Shown piece after piece: positions 51,251 through 64,000 of a DNA stretch of 64,000 bases. The stretch is from Chiloscyllium plagiosum. Its lineage: Eukaryota. The stretch lies in contig NC_057718.1 of the NCBI RefSeq assembly GCF_004010195.1, positions 71,209,790-71,273,789 of the forward strand, written 5' to 3'. The notes beneath the pieces are model-generated. The model was not told where the DNA came from. It was given only the letters and a program-made list of their open reading frames with translations, and ran no database searches. Position 1 is the first letter of the stretch, and every line of letters begins with the position of its first letter. The translations under genes and the position numbers were made by a program.

Positions 51251-51497
51251 AACCTGCAATCTTCTTCCTGACCTCTCCGTCCCCATCCCCACTCCGGTCT
51301 ATCACCCTCACCTTAACCTCCTTCCACCTATCGCATTTCCTAAGCCCCTCCCCCAAGTCCCTCCTCCCTAACTTTTATCTTAGCCTGATGGGCACACTTT
51401 CCTCATTCCTGAAGAAGGGCTCATGCCCGAAACGTTGATTCTCCTGCTCCTTGGATGCTGCCTGACCTGCTGCGCTTTTCCAGCAACACATTTTCAG
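51250..51497 (+). mobile_element. Penelope 3' end with intact hammerhead core (51405-51441)
   Basis: AUUC-CUGAAGA-A-GGGC-UCAU-GCCC-GAAACGUU-GA. Confidence 0.8.
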
Positions 51498-51499
51498 AA

Positions 51500-54310
51500 C
51501 AAGAAACAGGAGTAAACAAAAGAAGGCAGATGCGATTAAGGCATTTTAGAAGTATATTAAATAGCATTACAAAGAAAAGAGTGGGGCCTATTGGAGATCA
51601 CATGGTAATCTGCGTGGATCCAGACGATGTGGGTGAGGTCTGAAATGAATGTTACTCATCTGTATTCATGAAAGAAACATGTTGAGGTTCTAAAGCATGT
51701 TAAAGTTGATAATATTAAGATTATTAATAAAAGGTGGTATTAGATGTTTTAGCGGCATAAAAAGGTGCATAAATTCCCAGGGCCCGATGAAATGTATCCC
51801 AGACTGCAATGAAAGGCAAGACAGGAGATTGCTGGGGCCCTGGCAGAGATATTTAATTTTCACTGGTCACAGATGAAGAGCCAGGTGACTGGAGGATAGC
51901 TAACATAGGACAGCATGGATAGGCCAGGTAATTACAGATCATTTAGTCTGACATCACTGATAAGAAAACTATTGGAAAAAATTCTGAGGGACTGGATGCA
52001 TCAATGCTTGGAAAGACTAAGACAAGGATTAATCACAGATTTGTTAGAAGGAGATTTTGTCTGTCTTATTTAATTGAGTTTTTTGAAAAGATGACTAAAT
52101 GCATTGATGACGGTAGTGCAGTTGATGTGGTTTACATTGTCTTGAGTAAGGCATTTCAAAAAGGTTCGTCCAAAAGATAAGAACCCATGCAACCGATGGC
52201 AAGTTGGCAAACTGCAACCAAAATCTTGCAGCAATTTGAAGGCAAATGGTGATTGTGGAAGGGTGTTTTTGTGAGTGGAGGCGTATGACCATCAGTTGTA
52301 TCACAGATCAGTGCCAGGATCCTTGTTGTTTGTTATGTACATTCACATGCAATTTGTTAGTGTGGAAGGTATAGTTAGCAAGTTTGCAGATGACACCATA
52401 AGACATAGGAGTATAATTAGGGTGTATAATTCAGCCCATCAAGTCTGCCACTCTATTCAATCATGGCTGATATGTCTCTCAACTCCAAGTCCCCATAACG
52501 GCACGGTGGGCGGCACTGTGGCTCAGTGGTTAGCACTGCTGCCTCACAGCGCCAGGGACCCGTGTTCAATTCCTGCCTCGGGCAACTGTCTGTGTGGAGT
52601 TTGCACGTTCTCCCAGTGTCTGCGTGGGTTTCCTCCGGGTGCTCCGGTTTCCTCCCACAGTCTAAAGATGTGCAGGTTAGATGAATTGGCCATGCTAAAT
52701 TGCCCGTAGTGTTAGGTGTAGGGGAATGGGACTGGGTGGGTTGCTCTTCGGCAGGTCGGTGTGGGCTTGGTGGGCCAAAGGGCCTGTTTCCACACTGGAG
52801 GGAATCTAATCTAATCTAATCATAACCCTTGATCCCCTTACCAATCAAAAAGCTATCTATTCTGTCTTAAATATCTCAATAACTTGGCCTCCACAGCACT
52901 CTGCAACAATGAGTTCCACAGATTAACCATCTTCTGGCTGAAAGAGTTCTTCCTCACCTCAGTTCTAAAGGGTTCAATCCAGTCCTGGTCTCTTCTACAT
53001 CTTCTCCACGTCCACTCTATCCAGGCCTCTCAGTATTCTGTAAGTTTCAATCAGATTGCCACTTATTTTTCAAAACTTCATCGAGTACATACCCAGAGTT
53101 CTCATATGATAAGCCTTTCATCCTGGGATCATTCATATAAACCTCCTCTGTACCCCTCCAAACACAGCACATCTTTCCTTAGATACAGTGCCCAAAACTG
53201 CTCACAATATTCCAAATGTGGTCTGACCAGAGCCTTATACAGCAGTACATTTTTGCTCCTGCATTCTATCCTTCTTGAAATGAATCCTAACATTGTGTTT
53301 GCCTTTCTAACTGCCAACTGAACCTCCATGTTAACCTTAAAGGAATCCTGAACTCTGACTTCCAAGTCCTTTGTGCTTCAGATTTCTGAAGCCTTTCCCC
53401 ACTTAGAAAATGATTACGCCTCTACTCTTCTACCAAAATGCACAACCTCACAATTCACCCATTGTATTCCATCTGCCATATCTTCATCCACTTTCCTAGC
53501 CTGTCCAAGACTTCTTACAGCTTCCCGGCTTCCTCAACACTACCTTCCCCTCCACTTATCTTTGTGTCAAATGCAAACTAAGTAACAATGCCCTCATTTC
53601 CTTCATCCAGATCAATAATGTTTAATATCAATATTTACAGACCCTGCAGAACTCTACTAACCACTAGTTGCCATCCCGAAAGAGACTTCTTTACCCCTAC
53701 TCTCTTGCCTTCTGCCAGTCAGCCAATTCTCGACCCATGCCAGTATCTTGTCCCTAACACCATGGTCTCCCTAATTATTTCAGATCCTCCTGTGCGGCAC
53801 CTTGTCAAAAGCCTTTTTGGAAATCTGAATAGATCATATCCACTGGCTCTCATTTGTTTAACATGCTTGTTACCTACTCAAAGAATTCTAACAGATTTTT
53901 CAGGCATGAACATCCCCTGACTCAGCTCTACTTTCCCCATGCACTTGTAAGTACTTGGTAAACTCATCCTAAATGGACTCTTCAAATCATACCAATGACT
54001 TAGGTCAGGCTAACCAGCTGATAGTTTCCTGCCTTCTGCCTCAAATGATGGAAGAACTAAGCACATCAGTGCAAAAGAGAAGGCTGAAGCTTTCGCAGCA
54101 ATCTTCAACCAGAAGCACTGAGTGGATGATCCACCTCAGCTTCCTTCAATGGTCCCCAGCATTACAAATTCCAGTCTTCAGCCAATTCAATTCACTCTAC
54201 ATGATATTAAGAAATGGTTGGAGACATTGGATAGTGCAAAAGCTACAGGCCCTGACAACATTCTGGAAATAGTATTGAAGACTTGTACTCCAGAAATTGC
54301 CACTCCCTGT
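51500..54310. mobile_element. CR1-clade LINE fragments on both strands, with HE1-type SINE on the plus strand at 52500-52821
   Basis: SKFADDT, LEYCEQFW, KATGPDNI motifs; complete SINE. Confidence 0.8.
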
Positions 54311-55316
54311 TTAAAATAAGCAACAGGCCACTTGATGCTCCTTCCACATTCCAGAATATAATGTGGCAGACTCTGGATTCAGTTTCATAGCTAATTGTTT
54401 TAGCACAATTAGGATCCCCGCAAGAATGGGGGGATGGTTATAACTCGGAAAACAGAGAATAGAAGGTTATTCATACAAGCTGCCGTATAGAAGTGTTTGC
54501 GAGAAGCAGGTTTCCCCAGAAGCAAGGACAGTGTATGGCAAAGGGGATGGATATGGTTAACAGCTTTGTGTTCTATGTGTAGAGAATTAGAAGAGTGCCA
54601 GGCCAAAAAGGAAACTTGAGGCCGCAGTGACGGCGTTAGAACAGTGTAACATCATTCTAGCAGAAGCAGTAAAGACAGCACAGAAGAGAGCCGAGAAGGT
54701 GGAAGAGAAGCACTGACATAGTATGCTATCTGGTGAAGGTACAACAGAAAAAGAGAGCAAAACAGTGCAATTGGAAAGTTGACCCAGCCAATGTGCGCAC
54801 ATTATTAACTTCACAATTAGAATTTGGCATTCACCTGATTCAGAATGTGAATGGATGGAAGGGGAAGGGGGTGCTCTCGGAGCCATCTTCAGAAAAGGGA
54901 TTAGTAGCATGATCTCTAATAACAAATAAGGCAAAATTAATAGTAGGACAAAACCCACAAAATTCAAGAATATTGAGAGATTACTCTAGGTTTGAATAAC
55001 AGTATTTGGGGTTGCACTTTAAGCAGGAGTCAGGTGAACTTTTCAAGTCTTGGCTGACGGGGTCATGGGATTAGTATGCCACCCATATCATTCTGAGTGT
55101 CACCAAGTGAGGAAATCTGAGAGCATTAAGTAGTGATCCACATGCGAATAACAGTTTTAGCAACATAAAGCAAACTAGATTGCTGTGGGATGCACTGTTA
55201 CTACCAGTAGGAACCAATATCCATCCCTGATCAATTGGGAAGGAGATGTTGAAAAATGGGAGAACATACCAGAAAGTATAAAACATCTGAAAGATTTGGC
55301 TTCAGCAGTATGTATT

Positions 55317-56382
55317 GGCAAGTCAGGCAGCATCTGAGAAGCAAGAGAGTCGGTGTTTTGACTTTCACCATAGGACTGGGGAAGGGGACTGAGAAGTAAA
55401 TAGGGGGAGGCAGGTGGGGCTGGAGAAAAGGTAGTTGGGATGGCTATAGGTGGGCAAAGGCAGGAGGTGATTGTGATAGGTTAGTTGGGCTGTACTGCAT
55501 CCGTTGCTCTCGATGTGGTCTCCTCTATATCAGAGACTGAGTGCAAACTCGCAGAATTTTTTAAGAATCCCTACAGTGTGGAAACAGGCCCTTCAGTCCA
55601 CACTGACTCTCCAAAGAGCAACCCACCCAGACCAATTCCCCTATCCTATTATCCTATATTTACCCCTGCACCTAATCAACACATCCCTGAAAACAATGGG
55701 CAATTTATCATGGCCAATTCACCGAACCTATACATCTTTGGATTGTGGGAGGAAACTGGAGCACCCAGAGGAAACCCACGCAGTCACGGGGAGAATGTGC
55801 AAACTCCACACAGACAAACACCCGAGGTTGGAATCAAACCTGGGTCCCTGGCGCTGTGAGGCAGCAGAGCTAACCACTGAGCCACCGTGCTGCCTTCAGG
55901 GAACATCTCTGGTCTGTACGCACCATCCAATTCCGGCTTCCTGGAGCCATAGATTTCAATTCCCTCTCCCACTCCTCCCATGCCAAGGTCAACTGCAAAC
56001 CAGAGAAGGAACACATCAGCTTCCATCTCAGAAGCCTACAACCACACAGCCTCAACATTGAATTCACAGTTTCCAAATCTCTCCTCCCTGCACCTAATCC
56101 TAGATCCAACCCTCCAACTGAGCCCCACTCTCTTGATCTGCCCTACCTGTCCATCTTGCTTCCCATCAATCTATCACAATCACCTCCTACCTTCACCCAC
56201 CTATCGCCATCCCAACTATATTTCCCCCTGCCCCACCTCTTCCTCCTCCCCAGTCATGAGGAAGGGTTAAGCCTGAAATGTTCACTGTCTTGCTCATCAG
56301 ATGCTGCCTGACCTGCTGTGCTTTTTCCAATGTCACACTTTATCAACTCTGACTTCTCTAGCATCTCACGATCTCCAAGTGG
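55317..56382. mobile_element. Penelope-like insertion (inverted structure) into ERV gag, itself containing an HE1-type SINE (55562-55893, -)
   Basis: 9-bp TSD GTATGTATT at 55308-55316 and 56383-56391; GIY-YIG remnant. Confidence 0.75.
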
Positions 56383-56987
56383 GTATGTATTCTCAACAGT
56401 TTCAGGGTCCAGACCAGGAAGCTTTCACAGCTGGAATGAGGAGCCAACTAATGTTAAGTGGTCTGGGCTGGATGAGAGATGCTGTATTAGCCCTATTAGG
56501 GCCAACCCAGAGACAGGCAGTGGAACAGGCATGTTTGTTGTTAGGACAGTTAGAGGATGTGGAGGCTGGTAAGCAAACAAACAATGAGGCCCACCCAAGC
56601 AAGGGAGAACAGGGACAAGGTGGGTTGGGTTCAAAGGTGGAACAAAACATAAATCAGAGAAGAAATGCTTGAGAAATTATTAAAAGCAGGAATAGAGTAG
56701 GGTAAGATAGATGGTATATCCACAGTTACCATATACACAATGTGGAGGACGCACTGCTCTCCAAAAGGTAAGGAAGTGAGAGATACTAAATGAGATGTGG
56801 AGGGAGAAAGTGACTGCATCTCCCACATCATCACTATACCCTAAGCTGGAGAAGCAAGGGCAGTTGTGGTGAGCCAGCCAGCCAATTGATTAAAGTGGGG
56901 CCGCGACTCTGGGGTGTTTGCAAGGGTGACCAGAGATCCAAGACCTCATATCCCCAAGACCGCTTATTGGAGGAAAGTCAAAGGCAA

Positions 56988-57449
56988 TGTAAACCAGATA
57001 TCACATCATTAGACACTAATATTATACAAGGCAATCCACATGTTTTGCCAACATTGAACCAATGAGATGATCTGATGTTGGGGGGATATAAGAATCCAGA
57101 CATTTTGAAAATTAATCAGAGTTCAACTGCTGCAGAGAGAAACTGCTGGAGATTGCCCACCAAACATCCTGCTCTCAAAGAAATTAGAAAACACTATCAA
57201 AAGGTAAATCTTCATGTGAAATATACTCAATAAAAAAAAAAGACAGTAGAAAGGGGGCCTTAGATTTGTGAATAATTGTTGGTTAATGTTGACTTTTAGA
57301 GTTAAAGAATAAATTTATATTATTTCCTTTAAATAATGGCATTTAGGAGATCTTGGTCACTCAGATTTTAACAGATTACAAGAGGAGGCGAGCTTTTCTG
57401 GGTGTTTGGTTTACTTAACAGAAAAAAGGTTTGCCTCCGTGTCATAACA
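56988..57449 (+). mobile_element. LTR fragment occupying the ERV protease region
   Basis: 3' end TTTGCCTCCGTGTCATAACA homologous to the LTRs at 2329-3080 and about 61977. Confidence 0.65.
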
Positions 57450-58829
57450 GTACAATGTGCTGTAAAGAAATATGATGGAAGTTGGCAAATGATAGTTGAT
57501 TACCGCCAATTCAAGAAATATGCTCCTCAAACGTCAATGGCCATGCTTAATATAGTCACTGTATAGAAAATTTGTCACAGGGACCAAATGCCTGGTATGC
57601 CATTATTGATCTAACAAATGTCTTTTGCTCGATACCAATAAGCCCAGAATCACAAGCTCAGTTTGATTTTACATGGGAAGCTTGCCAATATACCTTCTGT
57701 TGGCTACCACAAATTACCTACACCCAACCTTGTAGCAAGGGACTTAGATAGGTGTCCACTGCACCAGACATTTATGCAGCACATTACATTGATTATATAT
57801 TGATCCACAGACCAATGGATACTGCTTTGGCAGAAGCTCTAGCCATATTGGTGCACCATATGCAAGACAGAGGTTCGGAAGTGAACCCAAAGAAGATACA
57901 GGGACAAGCACAGTGCAGTTTTCAGACATTTAGTGGACAAAAGGGGGATAGAGTCATCATTGAAAAAGTAAAGAATAAAAATACAAGAAATGGCTGTTCC
58001 AATTAGCAAGGCTGAGGCATAGAAAATTATAGGTCTGTTTGGATATTGGTGCAGATATATGCCTCACTTTAACAGGTTAAGAAGACTTTTGTCATTACTT
58101 GAAAGAAAGCTCAGTTTGAATGGGGCGATGAACAACAGAAAGCATTGATGGCCGCGAAAGAGGCTGTAGCACTAGCACTTCCCCAGGCACCTCAGATACC
58201 TGGCTTACCATGTGAATGTCAAGTATCAGTAGTGTAAAATGTAGCAACGTGGTGCTTATGTCAGAGACAGAAGGGGAAAGCAATGCCTTTGGGCTTCCAG
58301 TCCAGAAAACTGTCTGAGGCAGCTATGCACTACACGTCATTTGAAAAGCAACCTCTGGCTTGCTACTGGGGCCTAGTAGAAACTGAAAAGCAGATGGGTG
58401 AGGACAAAGTGCTCCTCAGACCTGAATTATCAGTCCTGACATGTGTTACCTGATGTTGTGAACCACAAGATCGGTACAGCCCAATAAAGCTGCAATGTAA
58501 AATGAAAATGGTGTATGGCTGATTGAGCCAAGAAGGGAAAGGAACTGGTTGCCAACTCTATGTACAAATAACTGAATACAACTAAGTCAACAAACTCAGA
58601 GTTCCAACCTGGCTACACGTGCATCTCCAGTTCAATGGGACATTCTGTTTGAATAACTGTCCAAAGATACTCATCACTCTGCTTGGTACACTGATGGATC
58701 AGCCACCTGGAGGAATGGCCAAGGGTGATGGTGAGCAGTTTAATCCCTTCACACATACAATCATCCATAGTAAAAGGAGATGGGGGAAATCGAGCCCATG
58801 TACCGAATTGGCTGCTGGAGAGTCAGTGT

Positions 58830-59615
58830 CTATATTAAGTATAAAGGGAAACTAGGGAGAGAATAGGGCCCCTCAAAGATTAGCAAGGCAGTCTGTCTCA
58901 GAGGAGTCACAGGAGATGAGGAGCTACTAAATGTGTACTTTGCATCAGTGTTTACTGAAGAAGGACATGGAACAAATAGAATGTGGGGAAATGAATGGTC
59001 ACATCTCGAAAAATTTCCACATTATAGAGGATGGATGCTGGATGTCTTGAAACGCAAAGAAGTGGATAAATCCTCAGGACCTGATCAGGTGTACCTTAGA
59101 ACTGTGGGAAGCGATTGCTGGGCCCCTTGTATCATTGATAGTCACAGGAGGTGCCGGAAGACTGGAGGTTGGCTAATGTGGTGCCACTGTTTAAGAAAGG
59201 TGGTAAGGAAAAGCCCAGTGAGCCTGATATCAGTGGTGGGCAAGTTGCTGCAGGGAATCCTGAGAGACAGGATTTACTTGTATTTGGAAAGGCAAGGACT
59301 AATTAGGGATAGTCAACATGGCTTTGTGCATGGGAAATCACATCTCTCAAACTTGATCGAGTTTTTTGAAGAAGTAACAAAGAGGATTGAGGAGGGCAGA
59401 GCCGTGGACGTGATCTATATGGATTTCAGTAAGGCATTTGACGAGGTTCCTCGTGGAAGACTGGTTAGCAACGTTAGATCTCATGCAAACCAGGGAGATC
59501 TAGCCATTTGGATACAGGACTGGCTTGAAGGTAAAAGATAAAGGATGGTGGTGGAGGGCGGCTTTTCAGACTGGAGCCCTGTGGCCAGTGGTGTGCCACA
59601 AGGATTGGTGCTACC
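58830..59615 (+). mobile_element. CR1 LINE RT fragment
   Basis: ORF 58933: SQHGFVHGKS-LSNLIEFFEEVT, IYMDFSKAFD. Confidence 0.9.
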
Positions 59616-59924
59616 ACAGGCATTGTATAATCTACATAATTGGCCTCTGAAAGGAGGAACACCCATGAGTAGATGGTTTAAAGGAGGTGGCCAGTTACAT
59701 ACTCCTTAGTCAACTCCAACTTCTGACAGCCTTTGCACAGGGGAAACATTTGTGCACACCACACACAACACCCACCTAAGCCTAAAAACAACAAATGCTG
59801 GCGATCACAGTGGGTCAGGCAGCACCCATGGAGAGACAGCACGCTAATGTTTCAAGTCTAGAACTGAAGTAAAGTGTGGAGGGATGCCATTAATGCTGTG
59901 GTTCGGAGGGCTGTTGTTGGAAAG

Positions 59925-61977
59925 AGTGTGTGTTCACTTTAAGATGTGCTGAATTTTTAAAGTAAATTTAAATACAGCCATGGCTCTAGAATAGAACAGC
60001 TAAGAGACAGGTTGTTCCAAAATAGATACATGTAGCAAATGGCTGTTAAATGGATACCGGAGTTTGGTTGCTGACTTAGTGGAGAAAGTGAGGTCTGCAG
60101 ATGCTGGAGATCAGAGCTGAAAATGTGTTGCTGGAGAAGCGCAGCAGGTCAGGCAGCATCCAGGGAACAGGAGAATCGACGTTTCGGGCATTTCCTGAAG
60201 AAGGGCTTATGCCCGAAACGTTGATTCTCCTGTTCCCTGGATGCTGCCTGACCTGCTGCGCTTCTCCAGCAACACATTTGCTGACTTAGTAACAATTCAA
60301 ATTTAACCAATTAATTAAAATTATGCCCAGGATACTAAAACCCAATTGAGTTTGAATTTATGTATGAACAACATCGGACGAATGAGAGGAGTATAAAACC
60401 AGGCAATTTGAAAATTGATCAGAGCAACTACTGCCGAACAGCAGAGCAACTACAATGGAGCCAGAGAGCCAACTGCCCATCTAACATCTTGCTGTCAAAG
60501 ACATAGGAAGGTACTCTCTATCAAAAGGTACCTTTTCCTGTAAAAGCAGTAAAAAGTAAGACAACAACCCAGGGAGTTCAGCAGATAGAAGCAGAGAATG
60601 TGTGGACTTGAGATTAAGTTAATGTAATGCTTAATAATTGTGGATTTTGGGTAATCTGTAGAAGCGTGGTATGTTGGATCCATCTGGTTTCATTTTTTGG
60701 AAGTCTGTCTCCTTTAATTCTCCATATTTCTGAAGATTTTTGAATAAGACGGTGATTAGGTTCTCTAGATTTGGGTCTATTTTCACATGTTGTTGGTAAG
60801 TGTCAATATCTGCAACTGTGCATTCGCTTTCTCAATGTACTCTGTTCATTTTAAAATGACTGTCAAGCATCCTTTGTCTGCAGGTAGGAGAGCAATGTTT
60901 TTTATCTTTTGAGTTCTTCTAGTGCCTTCCTTTCTTGTGTATTGAGTGTGTTTCCTTCCATTTTCCTGCTTAATGTTGGTACAACTGTCTGTATGATGTT
61001 TTGCTAGGTTTCTTCTGTGAGTTAATTATCTTTCAGTGTTGTTTCTAATGCTGCTAAGAAATCTTTCTTGTCTGCATCCTGGAAGTTGTAATTTAATCGT
61101 CTTTTCAGTGTCTGTTAAGTGTCGGACAGATAATATTTTATTATCCATGCTTGGAGTTGGTCTACTTTTTTTTCCTGCAGGTCTAGTTTTTTTGTTTTCT
61201 TATTAAAGCAGCTGCTAATGAACTTAAAAGACCCTATATGTAACAAAGTACCTTGCAAGAACTACAACACTATACTGGACAAACAGGCAGAAAACTAACC
61301 ATCAGGATACATGAACATCAACTCGCCACAAAAAGACATGACCCCTCTCACTAGCATCCTTACATACAGATAATGAAGGACACCACTTCGATTGGGACAA
61401 CACATCTATTCTAGGACAAGCCAAACAGAGACATACACGAGAATTCTTAGAAGCATGGTATTCCAACCGGAACTGTATCAACAAACACATTGACTTGGAT
61501 CCCATTTGCCACCCCCTGAGAAAAAAAAAGAACAGGAAGTAACATCAACAACCCAAGGAAACCTAAACACAAATAGAAAGCAGGACATAAAACCAGTGCT
61601 TCACCAGAGGCTCATTGATGATGTTACCTAGTATGATGATGAAACTTCTGAAAATGAACCTTCCAGCTCAGCCAGCAAACGTACATCTAGAACCTCAACC
61701 TGAGCTACAAATCTTCTGAAAACTCACTTAATAATTGTGTTATTGGAGGAGCATTTTTATAGAGTTGGGACCAGATCGTAAGTAGTTAAGAAAAAGGGGC
61801 TTGGATTTCTTTTTTTGTTGTTTAGAGTTCGCAAGTAGAATTCAGAAAATAACTTCAATACTTTAAAAAAAATGTATGAGTTCCCTTTCACTCACTCACT
61901 TTTAACAGATTGCAAAGTGAGCTTTTCCGGATGTTTGGTTTTAATTAACAGAGGAGTTTGTCCTCCACGCTGTAACA
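59925..61977 (+). mobile_element. Solo LTR with nested Penelope insertions (60081-60277 and about 60650-61730)
   Basis: Homology to 2329-3080; ends CTGTAACA. Confidence 0.65.
60081..60277. mobile_element. Hairpin mini-element with hammerhead core
   Basis: 13-bp TSD TTGCTGACTTAGT; 71-bp arms (60121-60191 and 60209-60279) with one mismatch; CUGAAGA lies in the 17-nt loop. Confidence 0.85.
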
Positions 61978-61999
61978 ATGTGTCTCCTGTCAGACTTGA

Positions 62000-63560
62000 A
62001 AGGACAGTAAGTGGGGAGAATATGATAACAAGCTAAAAGAATTGGAAAGAAATGGTTCACAATTTCAAAGGTGTTGAATTCAATATTAAGCCCAGAAGGC
62101 TATAAAGTGGCTTGGATTTGTTATTTTTTGTTGTTCAGTGTTCGCAATTAGAATTCGGAAAATAAATGTTTTTTTTTAAACATTGGAATTAGGAGTTCTC
62201 TTAAAGTGCCTAGTCTGAAGATGAAATGTTGTTCCTCCAGTTTGCACTGTTTCAGTAGAACACCACAGCATGCGGAGGACAGATACAACATCCTGCTCGC
62301 ATGCCCATGTATTAAAATAACCGGCTACAGGATGATCAAGGTACTGCTTGCGTACAAACCAGTGATGTTCCGCAAAGCAGTCCCCAGTCTGCATTTGATT
62401 TCACCATTCTAGAGAAAGCCACATTGGGTGTAGTGAATACAATACACAAGAATGGAGAAGGTACAGTTGAAATGCTATTAGGAGACAACAAGGTCTGCAG
62501 ATGCTGGAAATCAGAGTTGAGAGTGTGTTGCTGGCAAAGCACAGCAGGTCAGGCAGCATCCAAGGAGCAGTAAAATCAACATTTCGGGCTGGAACCCTAC
62601 ATCATAAATGAGATGGGAGGATTGGAAGGGGAAATTGTTGTGGGTTAGGACCAGTTCAAAGCCAAACAAATAAGTGTCAATAGAAGGGTACTGGTGGGAC
62701 ATCGGGAGAGGAAGAAACAGAGAGCTTCACAAGCCTGACTACCGCAGCCGACCTATCGTTTCAGCCTGCTGCTGCCTCATCGAACTCACCTACACCTACC
62801 TCGATACTGTCCCTCCACTGGTCCAGGAACCCCTCCCCATATACTTTGGGACACCACCCATGCCCTGCACCTCCTCCAAAACTTCCATTTCCTCAGCCCC
62901 CAAAGCCTCATCTTCACTATGGCATCCAGTCCCTCTACACCTCTAACTGCCATGACCAGGGCAATAGACAATAGGTGCCATTCTGCCCCTCGAGCCTGCA
63001 CCACCATTTAATATGATCATGGCTGATCATCCTTAATCAGTATCCTGTTCCTGCCTTATCTCCATAACCCTTGATTCCACTATCCTTGAGAGCTCTATCT
63101 AACTCTTTCTTAAATGAATCCAGAGACTGGGCCTCCACTGCCCTCTGGGGCAGAGCATTCCACACAGCCACCACTCTCTGGGTGAAGAAGCTTCTCCTCA
63201 TCTCTGTCCTCCAAGCCCTCTGTTTCTTCCTCTCCCGACATCCCCCCCCCCCACATATATTCTTATTCGTTTGCCTGAACTGATCCTCATCCTCAACAAT
63301 TTCTGCTTCCAATCCTCCCACCTCATTCCCAATTTTTCTGCTCCTCGTATGCTGCTTGACCTGCTGTGCTTTTCCAGCAACACACAAGAGTTGAAATGCT
63401 GCTTCACCGAGAAAGACTGTTTAGGCCTTTGGATGGTGAGCAGGAAAGAGGTGAAGGGGCAGTTGTTGCACCTTCTGTAGTTATAAGGGAAGGTGCCATG
63501 GAGAGGGAGTGGGGGTGGTGTTGGTGGTTGTGGAATGGACAAGGGTTTCCCAGAGGGAAT
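62000..63560. mobile_element. Penelope-like fragments on both strands, with a CR1 3' end on the minus strand at about 62965-63207
   Basis: GIY-YIG and RT remnants (RPIVSAC, ILNNFCF); FFTQRVVAVWNALP. Confidence 0.7.
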
Positions 63561-64000
63561 GATGAAATACTTGCCCATGGACATGATGATACCTATTGGA
63601 TATTGATAATGGGGCATTAAGTATCAGAGTATATGGACAGAGGGAAGTCAACAAAAAGAGGTTAACAAAAAGGTTGTTAAAGATTGTACACTGATAAGAT
63701 ATGATTTCTTCACAGAACCATGCAAATTTATTATGGATAGATGCTGCTGTGGATGATTGATCAGTTGGCAGCTGCTGTAATTAAACTCACTGCGATAATT
63801 AATTTGATGTACACTCTATTGTTATTTATACTGATGGTTATTTTTATTGTAGTGTTAATTTTCTGATCTAGGTTACATACTATTATTATACCACCTTGTG
63901 CAGCTGTCACTGATTGACATCTGCATTTACAATTGTAATATGCGTTGTCAAATATTATTGAACATTGAGCATTATGTGAACATTCCCAAATGTGTCTAAG

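Larger units (their letters stand above)
54330..58830 (+). mobile_element. Endogenous retrovirus remnant, class III (ERV-L-like): gag-pro-RT-RNase H, heavily decayed
   Basis: gag GWIWLTAL...KRAEKVE, FKQESGE-FKSWL--SWD, GPDQEAFTAGMR...AVLALL; pro start RDPRPH---AYW; RT KKYDGSWQMIVDYR, WYAIIDLTNVFCSIP, QYTFCWLPQ, HYIDY; EVNPKKIQG, GLFGYW, FEWGDEQQKA, FEKQPLACYWGLVETE; RNase H WYTDGSA. Confidence 0.85.

Noticed and set aside
56301..56672. Domesticated Fv1-like gag gene
   Set aside because: gag is broken by stops and a Penelope insertion, and the listed ORF starts in Penelope sequence
63745..63835. C/D box snoRNA
   Set aside because: No canonical RTGATGA C box and no terminal stem

Overview
This is repeat-dense vertebrate genomic DNA, almost certainly from a shark or ray, based on HE1-type V-SINEs with (TCTAA)n tails, abundant CR1/HER1-type LINE debris and Penelope elements. 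Most of the window is nested, decayed mobile DNA: CR1 LINEs, Penelope-like elements carrying minimal hammerhead ribozyme motifs, an L1 remnant, a Gypsy 5' end, solo LTRs, a Tigger-like MITE and a piggyBac-derived MITE. A CpG-rich promoter at about 40.2-41.1 kb appears to drive an unidentified minus-strand gene with a few small candidate exons. The most notable observations are: (1) a fragmented class III ERV-L-like provirus (gag-pro-RT-RNase H) at about 54.3-58.8 kb; (2) a piggyBac MITE with a splice acceptor, a transposase-like stub and a polyA-like signal in the host-sense orientation, a possible exon trap; (3) three families of hammerhead motifs, including tiny TSD-flanked ribozyme-only and hairpin insertions; (4) a perfect 51-bp hairpin apparently created by template switching inside a solo LTR. 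No intact autonomous element or nameable gene is present. All family calls come from motif recognition by eye, not from database searches.
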